The notes under the pieces were generated by a model, which had not been told where the DNA came from, searched no databases, and was given only the letters and a program-made list of their open reading frames with translations. A stretch of DNA of 64,000 nucleotides. Origin: Octopus sinensis. Taxonomy: Eukaryota. Made by a program: the position numbers and the translations under genes. This document shows, piece after piece, positions 38,561-50,726 of the stretch. The stretch spans positions 100,626,001 to 100,690,000 of the forward strand of contig NC_043003.1 in the NCBI RefSeq assembly GCF_006345805.1. Direction: 5' to 3'. Every line of letters starts with the position of its first letter. Within the stretch, counting starts at the first letter, position 1.

Positions 38561-39489
38561 TTTCTGTAGCTATACTAAGTGTATAAATAGACATTAAAAA
38601 TCACTATCTTGCAGTAAAGTAACTATATGAAAGTAAATAGAAATCTGTTTTCTGAGTGAATCACAAAGTTGCAATCTTTAACAACCACATTTTCAGAACA
38701 ATACATCAAAACTGAAATTCATAAGAATTTTCCAGACAGGTTAGATTTTAATAATTGTTTTCTTTTAGTAAAAGTTACATACTCCACAAGCAGCTTTCTT
38801 TATTACAGTATGGAAATTTGTATGTATCTAATTCTCTTCATTTGGTTTTAACTAATTTTCTTCTCTTTAACATTGCTTTGGCACATTTTACAAAACCGAA
38901 TTCTGTCAATTCTTCTATTGAATTTGTGTATTGCATACTATATAAGTCTTTTAGACTAATAATTCAATAAATCATTCAAGTATCACCTCCGATTGTTTCA
39001 GTAGATCATTAAATATTTTTGGCAGAACTTTGTGTATGCCTATTAAATATTTCAACCAGAATTTTTAAACATTATATTATATTACTACTTGTTATTACTT
39101 GTGTTGTTATTAATCCTTGTTAGTGCTCCTTAGAATTGTTCAGTTACTGCAGATGTTGCTCTTTAAATATTCTTGTAACCTTACACCACCAAATCATTAC
39201 TGTTATTATTATATATCTTTAGTATAATTTTTGTTGATGATGATGATGTTACCGTTATTATTGAAAACAGTGAATGACAGGACTAATAGAGTACTGGACA
39301 AAACACCTAGTGGCATTTTGTTAGTTTGAGTCTCATGAAGTGGGCTTTGTTCCTCATCTATTGGGGCTTCAAAAAAATACTGAGGCAGATATAATTGACT
39401 ATAACATTTCTACCAAAAAATTGTTGCCCCTATCGTTGTCATCATCATTGTCAAGCAAGTACATGCTAATTTAATTAGCAGAAGTTTTA

Positions 39490-40640
39490 TCTCAAAGTTT
39501 GGTGACAACAAGTCTCTTCAAATCTGAAGTATCTTTCTTAAGATTCTTGCAGAATATAGGATGGTACTTTTCTACAGGTCAACTATGCAAGTCTCAATTT
39601 CAATATCTCTCAGTCTTTTAATAACATTTTGGGTGTTATGCCAAGTACACCAATTACTATAGGAATAATTGTTGTCAGTCTCCCACGTTCTCTTCAGCTC
39701 TCTGCTAGATCCTGATATTTCTCATTTTTTCAATCTCTTTGGTATAGGGAATTGCAAAGTCTATGATCTTACACAGTCTATTTTGTCCTTATGATCATAT
39801 CTGGTCTTCTTGCTTCAAAAGTATGATCAATCTTTATAGAGATGACCCATAAGATCCTATAATTTTCATTCAGTCACAGCCTATGATCATGTTCATAGCA
39901 CTTTCCTGTTATTTCAAAGCAAACATCCCAATATACATGTTTACCTACACAGTTGTGCCTGTACTTAGACTCTTTTTGTGCTATCTTACCATACCCACTC
40001 AAGAGATGATTGATACTCTCATTTCCTTTCCAAAAGATTTTACATTTGCAGGCTGAGTTTTGTTGATCTTTGCCTTTATCAGATTTGTTCTAATGGCTTG
40101 TTCCTAAGCAGCTATAATTACAGTTTCAGTCTCTTGTTTCAGGTTCCCATCTGTGAACTAAAGCCACCATTCTTTGTTTGTCGCATGAATTGGCCATGTA
40201 TTTCCATGTCTTTCTATCTGCATGCTCTATTGTTCTTCCTTCTCTTCTTGAATTCTCCTACTGTCTCAGTATTTTTTTATGGCATCTCCAGCTGCCGATA
40301 GTATTCTTTCTCTATTTCATATAACATAATTTTCCAGCTGCAATATCATGGTACTAACGGTGTCTTCTGCATTTAGTAATCCACTGCCACTTCCCTTTCT
40401 TGATAGTTAGGGTCTTACTTTTAGGGTAGTATGCATTATGAGCAGCTTTCAAGTTCTATCGAAGTTCTGTAGCTTGATCTTTGTCTATTTCAGAAAGGGA
40501 GCAGAGTATCTTAATACTAGCATAGCCCATGTATTTATTGCTTTAATAATATTCCTTCCATCTAATTTTGCTTCAAGCACCTTCCTAATTTTCCTCTTGT
40601 AATTTTAAAAAATATTCTTTCTTATTTCTCCTTTTCATTA
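39490..40640 (-). mobile_element. Degenerate R4/Dong-like (REL-endonuclease) LINE 3' portion
   Basis: Frameshifted peptides EARRPD, IIDFAIP, IKAINTWAMLVLRYSAPF and LGITPKML. Confidence 0.75.
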
Positions 40641-40990
40641 TCTTATCGTCTTGCAGCACCCACTACGTATTTATATCCCTAATTATTCCACAGTGATCTA
40701 GTGATGTTATTTTGTGGTAATTTTATGCCATCAGGTTTATTACTATTATTATCATTAATAAAAATATCAAAAATGTGGTAGACAGGCGGAATCAATAGAG
40801 CATCAGTCAAAATGCCTAGCAATATTTTAGTCTCTTTATATTCTTATTCTTTTGAGATAAAATTAATAAAATAAGTAACAGTCATGTATTGAGGGATGGA
40901 TCAATTTAATTCCTAACCTTGAATTTCTCGTTTTGTGTCTGTATGGGGAATCAATATCACTATTATTATTATCATTATTATTATTATTTT

Positions 40991-41261
40991 GGTTTGGCTT
41001 AGGTTCAGTCTTATTTCTGGAAGAATTTATATGGGTAGCAGGTTACTACCTGTAACCTTAGGTATTCACAAGTTTTCAGCTGTCTTTCAAGTGCTTAGAA
41101 CCTTCCTGATAATCCTGGCTGTCCCTAAAAGACAAACTTTCTGTAGAAGCTCTACAGGGCATTCTATTCCAATCTCCTTCAGCCATTTGCCTATATCTTT
41201 CCTTCCTGTTCCCAATGCAGCAATTATTATAGGCATGACCTTTACTGTTCACATGCTCCAA
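40991..41261 (-). mobile_element. R4/Dong-like LINE 3' terminus between (AAT)n tracts
   Basis: Peptide VKVMPIIIAALGTG...LLQKVCLLGTARIIRKVL*. Confidence 0.8.
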
Positions 41262-41309
41262 ATTATTATTATTATTATTATTGTTGTTATTATTATTATT
41301 ATAATTATT

Positions 41310-41964
41310 GAGTGAGAGAGCAGTGCATGCCATCAAAGTGACACAGGGGTAAAATATGCAAAGCCCAATATACCCATCATGACTATCTGTCTGATAAGGG
41401 TACACCAGGCACATGCATCACAAACATATGTGCACGACATGGTGATCTCATATCAAGATAAACAGCACATGACCTTGCAGGTGGGGCCCAGTTAGAATTT
41501 TCTTCTAGTCGAGTAACCCATCCAGCTCAAAAGGTCCCTGAATAAGGGTTGTTTAAGGATGTTGAACGAAACACCCATGTTTCCAGAGGTGAATTATTCA
41601 AACCTCAAAGAATCCCTCTCAACACATGGCTATGATGCTCCCCCACTACTTCTGCTCGTGATCAGAGATGCACATATCATCAGCCACTAAGGCACATGCT
41701 CAAGTGGTTTAGGTCAAACAACTGACAAGTAAATCTGTGGTATTGAGCAGAATATTTGCTGTAGCCCATCTTTTATACCAAGACAAAACAATGTACATGA
41801 TAACACTTCTAATCAGTTAAGATCAGAAGCCACGAGAGCCACTGCCTGGTACTGCACCTAGGTTTCCCAAGCGGTCACCCATCTAAGTACTAACTAGGCT
41901 TGACGTTACTTAACTTCGGTGATCAGACGAGAACCAGTGCTTTCAACGTGATATGGCCGTAAGC
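41310..41964 (-). mobile_element. 5S-rRNA-headed retroposon (SINE3-like or 5S/retroposon chimera) with (AAT)n tail
   Basis: A 5S-like head of about 113 nt, a non-coding body of about 540 nt ending ...gcactgctctctcactc, then (AAT)n. Confidence 0.8.
41852..41964 (-). pseudogene. 5S rRNA-derived sequence (near full length, diverged 3' end)
   Basis: GCTTACGGCCATATCACGTTGAAAGCACTGGTTCTCGTCTGATCACCGAAGTTAAGTAACGTCAAGCCTAGTTAGTACTTAGATGGGTGACCGCTTGGGAAACCTAGGTGC is colinear with metazoan 5S rRNA, including box A/IE/box C. No oligo-T terminator follows. Confidence 0.92.
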
Positions 41965-41988
41965 AAATTATTATTATTATTATTATTC

Positions 41989-42490
41989 TAATGCTGCAGA
42001 TGTACTACATTGTCAGCTGTTCACTACTAGTGAACTAAGGTAACACTCCTTATTTTTTCAAGAACCATATGGAGTATTTGAGCGGTTCCAACAGTGCTGT
42101 TTTCTGCAAGTGCTCCACCCTTATTGCAGCCCCTATTTGTTCCATGTACTTCTCAAGATTTTTACCCACTGTTCCTAGGGCTCCAACAATTATTGGTACT
42201 ACTACCACCTTTTTCAGCAACCACAACTGCTGGACCCCCCAAGCTAACCTGTCATATCTGTTGACTCCCTTTCTTCTTTATTGCATACCTTGTTGTCAGC
42301 TGGGCATGTTATATCTATGATCCAGCATCGTTTGCTTTCTTTCTCAATTAACACTATGTCTGGTTTTCTATTCTCTATCTCATGGTTACACCAAATCATA
42401 AAATGCTATAGAATCTTTGCATTATCATTTTTGATGATGCCTTCGGGTTTATGTTCATACCACTTTTTTGCTCAGTCAAGTCCATACTCT
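41989..42490 (-). mobile_element. R4/Dong-like LINE 3' terminus between (AAT)n tracts
   Basis: Reverse complement gives VVVVPIIVGALGTVGKNLEKY...GAAIRVEHLQKTALLEPLKY. Confidence 0.78.
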
Positions 42491-42547
42491 ATTATTATTA
42501 TCATTATCATTATTATTTTTATTATCATTATCATTATTATTATAATT

Positions 42548-42770
42548 AGGGCAGCAAGCTGGCATAATTGTTAGCATGCTGGATGAAATGCTTAGCAGTA
42601 TTTTGCTTGTCATTAGGTTCTGAGTTCAAACTCCGTCAATGTTGACTTTGCCGTTCATCCTTTCAGGGTCAATAAACTAAGTACCAGTTGAGTACTGGGG
42701 TTGATGTAATCGACTAGCTCCCTCCCCCAAATTTCAGGCCTTATACCTTTTGTAGAAAGGGTTATTATTA
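42548..42770 (+). mobile_element. SINE family A copy
   Basis: Head agggcagcaagctggcataattgttagc, core ttctgagttcaaactcc...ttcatcctttcagggtc, and an (ATT)n tail. Confidence 0.85.
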
Positions 42771-43196
42771 TTGTTGTTGTTATTGCTGCCTTCTAGTATG
42801 TTTATCAAAAAGTGAATGATAGTGGCAAGACTGATGAGACTGAATGGATCTACTCTGAGTATACTTTTCTAAGTAGGAGGAAAGTAACTGGAAGAAGGTA
42901 CTTCTCATACTTTGTGGATGACAAAATAATCTGGGACTTTTGCATGGGGTTTTACCCTGAATTATTGTAAGTGGACTGCCCTGCTATTGAAAATTTTATT
43001 TATTAATTATTTCTCTAATTTCTATTCATACATCTTTTAATGTGGTAGTGTCTCTCCTTGATTGATGTAAACCCCACCTGTTTTGTATTTTGTATCTTGT
43101 CCTCCAATGTCATGAGCCTATGTGGCCAATAAAAAAACTCATTATTATAATTATTATTATTATTATTATAATTATTATTATCAAATATACACTCAC

Positions 43197-43284
43197 CATC
43201 TTCTCGAGCTTGCTTTGAATGAGGTCCACAGAAAGCTAAGTATTTATTTGGAATTATCCAGTTTAAATCACCATTTTCCACTTT
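43197..43284 (-). CDS. CDC14: CDC14-like exon (88 bp, KVENGDLNWIIPNKYLAFCGPHSKQARED-G)
   Basis: Acceptor ttttcag and donor gtgagt. Carries the ENGDLNWIIP...FCGPH signature. Overlaps ORF-track entry 43015..43281. Confidence 0.97.
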
Positions 43285-43349
43285 CTGAAAAGAATATAAT
43301 TGGACAACATTTAATTCAATTTTGATATTTTCAGAATTACTTCAAACTG

Positions 43350-43978
43350 GGGTTATATGCCAATACTAGAAATAATAATAACATTGTCTCTGGCTGCCTA
43401 GTCCTGGCTAAGAAGGAACATATTCACAGACACAACAAAGTTGGGACCTAGATACACTGGAAGCTATGCCAACACTATGGAATAACAACAGAAAAAAGAT
43501 GGTATAGGCACAAACCAGAAAAGGTCACAGAAAATGAGAAAGCAACCATACTCTGGGATATGCCAATACACAAATAGAGATATTAAAGCCAACAGGCTGG
43601 ATACAGTTGTCAGAGATCACAAAGAAAAAAATGCTTTCTAATCGATGTATCAATACCAATTATATTTCAAAATATAAAGATCTGGAAATAGAGGTAACTT
43701 GAATGTGGAGCCTAAAAACAGAAACAATTCCTATTATAGTAGGTGCATTAGGTATGTTAAAAAAACATTCAGGCAAATACATAGCAAAAACACTAGGGCT
43801 TTATATACACCATACAGAAAATAAGACTACTAGGCACCGCACACATCCTACATAAAACACTTTCAAGAGAGTGAAAACAAGAGCATCACAACAAATCACA
43901 GCACAAACCCAAAGCACACAGAGCTGCACTCAGTAGTGCAGCGAAAGCACATGATAAAAATAAAACTACTGAATAATG

Positions 43979-44013
<35 letters not shown>
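43350..44013 (+). mobile_element. R4/Dong-like LINE 3' end with 3' UTR and (AAT)n tail
   Basis: Frameshifted peptides HKPEKVTENEKATILWDMPI, IKANR and KTETIPIIVGALGML. It starts about 65 bp from the acceptor of the 88-bp exon. Confidence 0.82.
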
Positions 44014-44014
<1 letters not shown>

Positions 44015-44222
44015 GTTTCAAATTTTGCCATAAGGGCAGCAATCTAATTTAGGAGTAGGGGATGAACCAATTACCAGTATTCAACTGGTACTTATTTTAT
44101 TGACCCTGAAAGGATGAATGGTAAAGTCGACCTTGGCAGAATTTGAACTCAGAATGCAGCAATGGGCAAAATACCACTAAGCATTTCGGCTGGTGCACTA
44201 TAGATTCTGCCAGCTCAATGCC
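44014..44222 (-). mobile_element. SINE family A copy
   Basis: gaaaggatgaatggtaaagtcgaccttggcagaatttgaactcagaa is the reverse complement of the family core. Confidence 0.82.
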
Positions 44223-44223
44223 T

Positions 44224-44256
<33 letters not shown>

Positions 44257-44290
44257 GTAATAGTAATAATAATAATAATAATAATAATAT

Positions 44291-44321
<31 letters not shown>

Positions 44322-44336
44322 GTAATAATAATAATA

Positions 44337-44371
<35 letters not shown>

Positions 44372-44735
44372 TCAACTGGTTGTACTTGAGGAGAGACCAG
44401 GGTGGAAGAGGCTTAATAGCAGTAGAAGAATGTGTACAGATAGAAAGAAAATATCTAGTAGAGTATTTACAAAGCAGCCCAGAAAAACTAGTTAAGAAAG
44501 AACAGGTGATTAAGTGCATGATAGGAAAAAAGGACAAGAATGAAATAAAAAGAGAACGTGTCAAACAGATTGAAGAAAAACCCTTGCATGGCCAATTTTG
44601 GAGAGCCACTGAAAATGTATGTAGAACAAAATCCTGGGCTTAGTTAAAAAGGGGCAATTAAAAAAAAGAAACAGAGAGCCTAATTGTAGCAGCCTGAGAT
44701 CAAGTGATAAAGACAAACAACTTGAGGAAAAATAT
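44372..44735 (+). mobile_element. R4/Dong-like LINE internal fragment
   Basis: Peptide LYLRRDQGGRGL...KPLHGQFWR...KKETESLIVAA*DQ, directly after a long (AAT)n tract. Confidence 0.8.
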
Positions 44736-44929
44736 CAGGTCATCCCATAAGTTCTGTCTGAATTTTGAATAAAGAAAATAAGTGATCAAGTGTTATATTT
44801 AATTGAAACTTAATCATCAATGTACTTTCCCTGATTATCTATGACTTCCTTCCATCTATTTACAAGCTTTTTAATCCCATTAATGTAAAACTCTTCTGGT
44901 TTGAAAACGAAGAACTCTGAAATATCAGT

Positions 44930-45625
44930 TTTGACCTCCTCCTGGGTTGTGAAAGGTATGTCCACAAATGATTCTGTAAACTACAAAACAAAAGGTCGGG
45001 AGATTAAGGATGAGGAATTTTTTCCCAACCACACACTTCGATCTTCTCAACAGAGAACCCAATGGCAGTGAAACATCCCACCTGGAAACAGTATTGCTGG
45101 ACATTGAGAAACAACTGAAGTGCTCCCATGAGAAGGAAAAAGCAGAAAGAGAAGTTTGGGCCAAAAGAAATATAAAATCAGACCCTAAAGTCTTCTTTAG
45201 GTATGCCAAGGAGATCACTTCTGTGCACTGCAGGGTAGGGTCACTCCCCCAAAAAGGTGGCTCCCGCACTAGAAACCCAATGAGGATAAGTGAAACACTG
45301 AATGAACAATTCAAAAGTGTCTTCACTCAACCCTTACAGTACAAGCAAGTTAGCAAACCTGTAGAATTCTTTACACTACAGGAGTAGAAAAGGAGGCAGA
45401 AAAAATTGACTACATCAGAAGAGGAAGTAATACTGGTAACAGATGATGTCGACGCAAACTCAGCTGCTGGTCCCAATGGATTCCTAGCAATCCTTCTCAA
45501 GTCATGCAAATGAATCCTTGCAAAACCACTGCAACTTCTTTTGCAGAGCTTCCTTGCAAACGATAAGCTCCCAGACAAACTAAAGGAGGGAATAATATGC
45601 CCTATTCATAAAAGAAGAAGCAGAG
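44930..45625 (+). mobile_element. Degenerate CR1-group LINE fragment (linker and start of RT)
   Basis: Peptides IKSDPKVFFRYAK, ETLNEQFKSVFT, SAAGPNGFLAILLK and LPDKLKEGIICPIHK. Confidence 0.82.
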
Positions 45626-45720
45626 TATCACTTTAAAAAATGTACTGGATTTGTAGTAAGCCATGGCAAACCACCTCACCCAAATAAATATAATGGTATT
45701 CTGTGCCATGCACTGAGTAC

Positions 45721-45768
<48 letters not shown>

Positions 45769-46452
45769 ATGCACACACTCATACAGTTTGTAACTTAGAC
45801 TGGCATTACAGCAAGTTTCATGGATATAAAAGCAATATATATATATATGTTGTGGAGATGTGCATGTTTATAGGCAATTCCTGGGGGACACCTGTTCAAA
45901 GGAAGATGATAAAGCTACTTAGAATAGTATTCTCAATGTATCAATACCAAGTTTTATTAAAAGAATAAACCCAGATTAAAACCTATTGTGCTCTGTATAT
46001 TATTAGATAATAGTTAAAGTTGACAAACTTTCCATTTATATAAGTTTCTTGTCAAAGGTGCAATCAACAAATGGCTGAAATATTGCTAATAACAACAAAA
46101 AATGTTTTAAATCTTAATGGAATTATTGTTGGGGTTGAGCGTGGCAAGATAGTATGCTGTAGGCTTCAGCCATGGGACATGAATTAGGTTTTTTTTCTGT
46201 TGTAATTTGCCAGGTAGAATTTGCTTTTGTGATGGCATTTTGACATTAACTTAGCCTGTCTTTTCAAAATACCTCTAATTTTTTTATTATATAGTATTTG
46301 ACTGCAGTGCATAATTGACACTACTCTGTAATCTATGTAGGGTGTGCTGTTTAACCAGTTGATGTCAAAATAGTCGACACAACATTCCTTCAACTGCTGT
46401 AATATCTTGGTAAGGTATTCTACTTTTCTTGCCCGTGTGTGTGCGCAAGCAC

Positions 46453-46489
<37 letters not shown>

Positions 46490-46628
46490 CAAAAATTATA
46501 TTATTACCACTGAAAATGTTGAGAGAAAGTTTTTAAAGCAAAGTTATATATCAAGAGGAATTACTCAGCTGATGATAACAAAGAAGTGTACACAAGTATA
46601 CAATATAGCAAAAATAAATGAACAGTAC

Positions 46629-46691
46629 CTCATAATATTCATATTCATCCACATCAAATGTTTCAAAGTTAAAGAAACCATTCATAAGAGC
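46629..46691 (-). CDS. CDC14: CDC14-like exon (63 bp, ALMNGFFNFETFDVDEYEYYE)
   Basis: Acceptor tttcag and donor gtactg. Matches the CDC14 FxxFxxDEYExYE segment. Phase 0-0. Confidence 0.95.
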
Positions 46692-49353
46692 CTGAAATAT
46701 GAAAAATTTATTGTAAAATGTGAAGAACATATTAAGTGCCAATTATATCTTAAAAATTAGACTATATTTTCAGTCATAAGAATACATGGTCCAAGCAAAA
46801 GTGGGATTTTAACAAAGACTTCATGATCTTTTAACATAAGCTAATGAGCAAACATTTTGAAGTAGTTAAATTGCTTTAATTAACTCTAGTACTTAACTGG
46901 CACTTTATTTCATTGCCCTGGAAGGAAACATACAAAGTTACCTCAAAATGATGAAAATTCAGAACAGAAAGGTATGTAGTTAAGTATCAAAAAATTCTTT
47001 GCCTTATAATTCATTAAGACCATCACCCACTGCACTTTGAAGATGACGACAACGACGATGTTGAATGTGTTCCATGATAATTAACAGCTAAAGTATCAAA
47101 GCTTATAATGTGTAGAAAGAAACCCTGTGAAACCTCTGACAACAGGTTGCTGTTTGCTCTCACAGGATCAACCAGAGCAAACAAGACCAAGCACTCTAAG
47201 AAGTAAAATAATAATAATAATAAATTTTTTTTACTTTCACAAAATGAGGGTTGAGGAGGCATTAGAACAACAACAGTAATGAGACACAATAATGTAGCAA
47301 AGCAACTCTACATATGCCTGGTTACCCAATTTTAACTCCTCCAACAAAAAGCTTTGTGGTAGCCATGTAAAGATCTTCCATCAACCTTAGAAAATAACAA
47401 CAAAGTGGAAATATTATGGAGCTACAGACAACAGATAATAAGTCTGATATCGTTTTCCATGATGAAAATTATAGTAGTGTCTGAATTATCAACTGCTAAG
47501 CTAGGAATCTAGTTATTGAATTAAAAAAAACATTATGGCTGTTAAGGATATATATCCATCATCTTGTTTTAATTAACAAAACTGGGATGATATTTTTTAA
47601 TACCCACATTTCTGTGCTCACATGGATTGGTTGGAATTTTTCAAGACAGATTTTCTATGGCCAGATACCCTTCTTATCACCCACCCCACCCCCATTTAAA
47701 AGTAAGGTAATATTTCCTGAAGACCAGAAATGTCTTGAAAGATTGGAAATGAAGGATACTGCTCGAATGTTGGTGATACTTGTTTACAACTATCACACAA
47801 TGTCAAGGAAAGGAGACAGTAACACACACAACAGACATCTTTCAGTTTCCATCTATCAAATCCACTCACAAAAGTTTGGTTGGCCTGGGGTTATAGTAGA
47901 AGACACTCATTCAAGGTGTCATGCAGTGGGACTAAACCTGAAATCATGTGGTTATGAAGTAAACTTCTGATCACACAGCCAAGCCTGTGCCTATTATTTC
48001 TAAGGATAAGCTATAAGTCTATTCCAGAAAATAACAATACTACAATTATAAAATATTGTTTGGGTATTTACACACTGCATTTAACTTTGATCATTTTTCT
48101 GCTTATTTTCCCAAATGTATCTAGTCATATTTCATAGATCATGAATATGCTAATCATGATATATGGTGATAATTATATATATAATGAATATGATATGATA
48201 ACAATGATTTGTAAAATAGACACAAAGTCACACAAAAATGTTTGGGAGAGAACAGCCAAGAAATTTATAAAATGCAGTACTTGATAGAAGGACGAAAGGT
48301 AAAGTTTACATTGGTGAGATGTGAAATCAAAACGTAAAGGGATAGAACAAGATATCACTAGTATTTCATTCACTCTCTGCTAATTATGCCATTTGACACT
48401 CTCGTAATAATAATTGTTTCTAATGTAAACACAAGATCAAACATTTCTCATTACAGTAACTCCAGTGTTTGACTGTTTCTTTATTATATCAAACTTGAAA
48501 GGATGAAAAGCAAAACTGACCCAAGCAGAATTTGAACTCAGAATGTAAAGAGCTGGAAGAACTACTACAAGGCATTAAGGTTAACACTAATGATTCAACC
48601 ACCATTCATAATTTTCTCTAATAAACTTTGTCATATTTAATATAAAATATTTAGTAATTTCTCTTGTGTCTAGTTCATTGCTTAAGCTAATTTCTTTACT
48701 CTGTGGTAGAACTAATGAAGAGGGACATGAGTTTAATTCCTTTCAAGTAGGAAAATACACAATTAAGAATAGGTGCAAAGAATCATTGGGGAATGTTGTC
48801 TGAGATATTACGTGAATGTTATCTATCCTATAAAGAAATTGAAGTCTCCTCAACTTAATGAGATTTGAAGAATCAATACTTAAAGCCAATCATAGTTCAG
48901 AAAGTATTGCCTTTTTTTTCTTTTTAATACTTATATTTGATACATTTGTCTGTCCTCCCCTTATATCTAGGTATTATATATATGTTTCCCTATCTTTACA
49001 ACCTCAACACAGCATTCTTTCTGGACTGCTATTTGTCTCTTATTCTCTCAAGTCATTATCAAATAGCAATTAAAATTAAGCAATGGTCACATTAAGCAAA
49101 GCAAAAGAACTTCATTACTATCATAATACCTTAATCTAGAGAAATGTAGGTAGTTCATTGGTACTCTTCTTTTCATCTTCAGATTTAAAATATTCAATAG
49201 ACATTAAAATTTTTAAAATATCAATCTTTGAAGTCCTACAGTTTGTTCATACAAATTACATCACAGTCAAAGCCATTAATGTGTGGCCAAACAAATGAAG
49301 GTATCATGAGAGAGTAATTAAAATTTGTATCAATAGAAATTGCTATACAATAC

Positions 49354-49420
49354 CTTACTAACAGCCTGAAGACAGTCAAGTAAATGGAGATCAAAACTGT
49401 TTGATCCAAAGGAAGCATCT
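49354..49420 (-). CDS. CDC14: CDC14-like exon (67 bp, R-DASFGSNSFDLHLLDCLQAVSK)
   Basis: Acceptor ttttag and donor gtattg. Carries the DASFG...LDCL motif of CDC14. In frame with both neighbours. Confidence 0.95.
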
Positions 49421-49570
49421 CTAAAAGAAAATGATGACAGAAAGAAATGAAAAAAAATAAACAAAATAAGACATAAATCTTTTAATCAAGGAAAACAAAA
49501 TAATGATTGTTATATCATTAAAATGTTCAATACAATAATTGAATTATAATTAAAACACATGGCAATATAC

Positions 49571-49806
49571 ATATTTTTTTACTACCCACAAGGGGCTAAA
49601 CACAGAGAGGACAAACAAGGACAGACAAACGGATTAAGTCGATTACATCGACCCCAGTGTGTAACTGGTGCTTTATTTATCGACCCCAAAAGGATGAAAG
49701 GCAAAGTCGACCTCAGCGGAATCTGAACTCAGAAGGTAACAGCAGACGAAATATGGCTACGCATTTCGCCCAGCATGCTAACGTTTCTGCCAGCTCGCCA
49801 CCCTAT
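49571..49806 (-). mobile_element. Full-length SINE family A copy with 15-bp TSD (1 mismatch)
   Basis: TSD cacatggcaatatac (49556-49570) and cacatggaaatatac (49807-49821). Confidence 0.9.
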
Positions 49807-50698
49807 CACATGGAAATATACTGTAGCAGTAGCAAGATCACTCTTGAACTTTAGCTACCTTCATAGTGGCTTGTTACTTTTAGCTACCCATTTTGGTTCA
49901 CCACATGATGGTCAGGTCCATTTAGCTTTGCTTGGACTGTCCACCCCTCGACGTGATGGACTAACCTAGCATCTGTACATCAGCTATAAAATGAGAGAAT
50001 GTTGCCCATTAATTCCAGAGGGAGGTGAGTTTTTGCTGAATGGTTTGGGATCTTTGATGTGAGAGCAGTTTGATTCCACTTTGCAGCTTCAGCTCAAACA
50101 GAATTCTAACTGGAATCCTTGATGCTATGTTTCATGCCTTTCCAACATTTGAACATAATTCTAACTAGAACTTTTGATCTGATGCTTCAGGTTTTTCTAA
50201 CCTTTTCTCTTCATTTTTATGAGCATTTGAATCTAAACAATGTATTAACAATTATTAATGTTCTACCAGTTTGCTGTATCTAATTTTAGCAATGATAATA
50301 AATGTTTCAGTGTGGTCAATTGTAAGTTGCATTTGCATTTGTTTATTTATATCTATCCTGACTTCATTTAACAGAAGACCTAAAACTGCATTTCATACAA
50401 CAACCACACCATTCGCTAAAAATTGGTGATCTCGACATAAGATCAATGAAGCCATAGAATTTTTTGAAGAAATATAGGCAACCAACATTTTGCAGAAGAA
50501 AAATATTTGTCACCTACCAAAGTAATCCGTTCAACTATAGGCACAAGGTTAGAAATTTTGGGGGAGGGGTCTAGTTAATTACATCGACCCCAGTGCATAA
50601 CTGGTACTTATTTAATCAACCCCTTGGCAGAATTTGAACTCAGAATAAGCTTTTGATGGTTTTATAGATATCTAAAAATTTTCATGCTAAGATGCTAG

Positions 50699-50726
50699 GT
50701 GTTTCCATTATTTTGTCCAACCCATG
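50699..50726. mobile_element. Solo Tc1 TIR of the same family as 14863-18158
   Basis: gtgtttccattattttgtccaacccatg followed by TA. Confidence 0.6.

Noticed and set aside
41852-41964. Functional 5S rRNA gene
   Set aside because: Single copy, not in a tandem array, diverged 3' end and no oligo-T terminator; it reads through into a repeat body.
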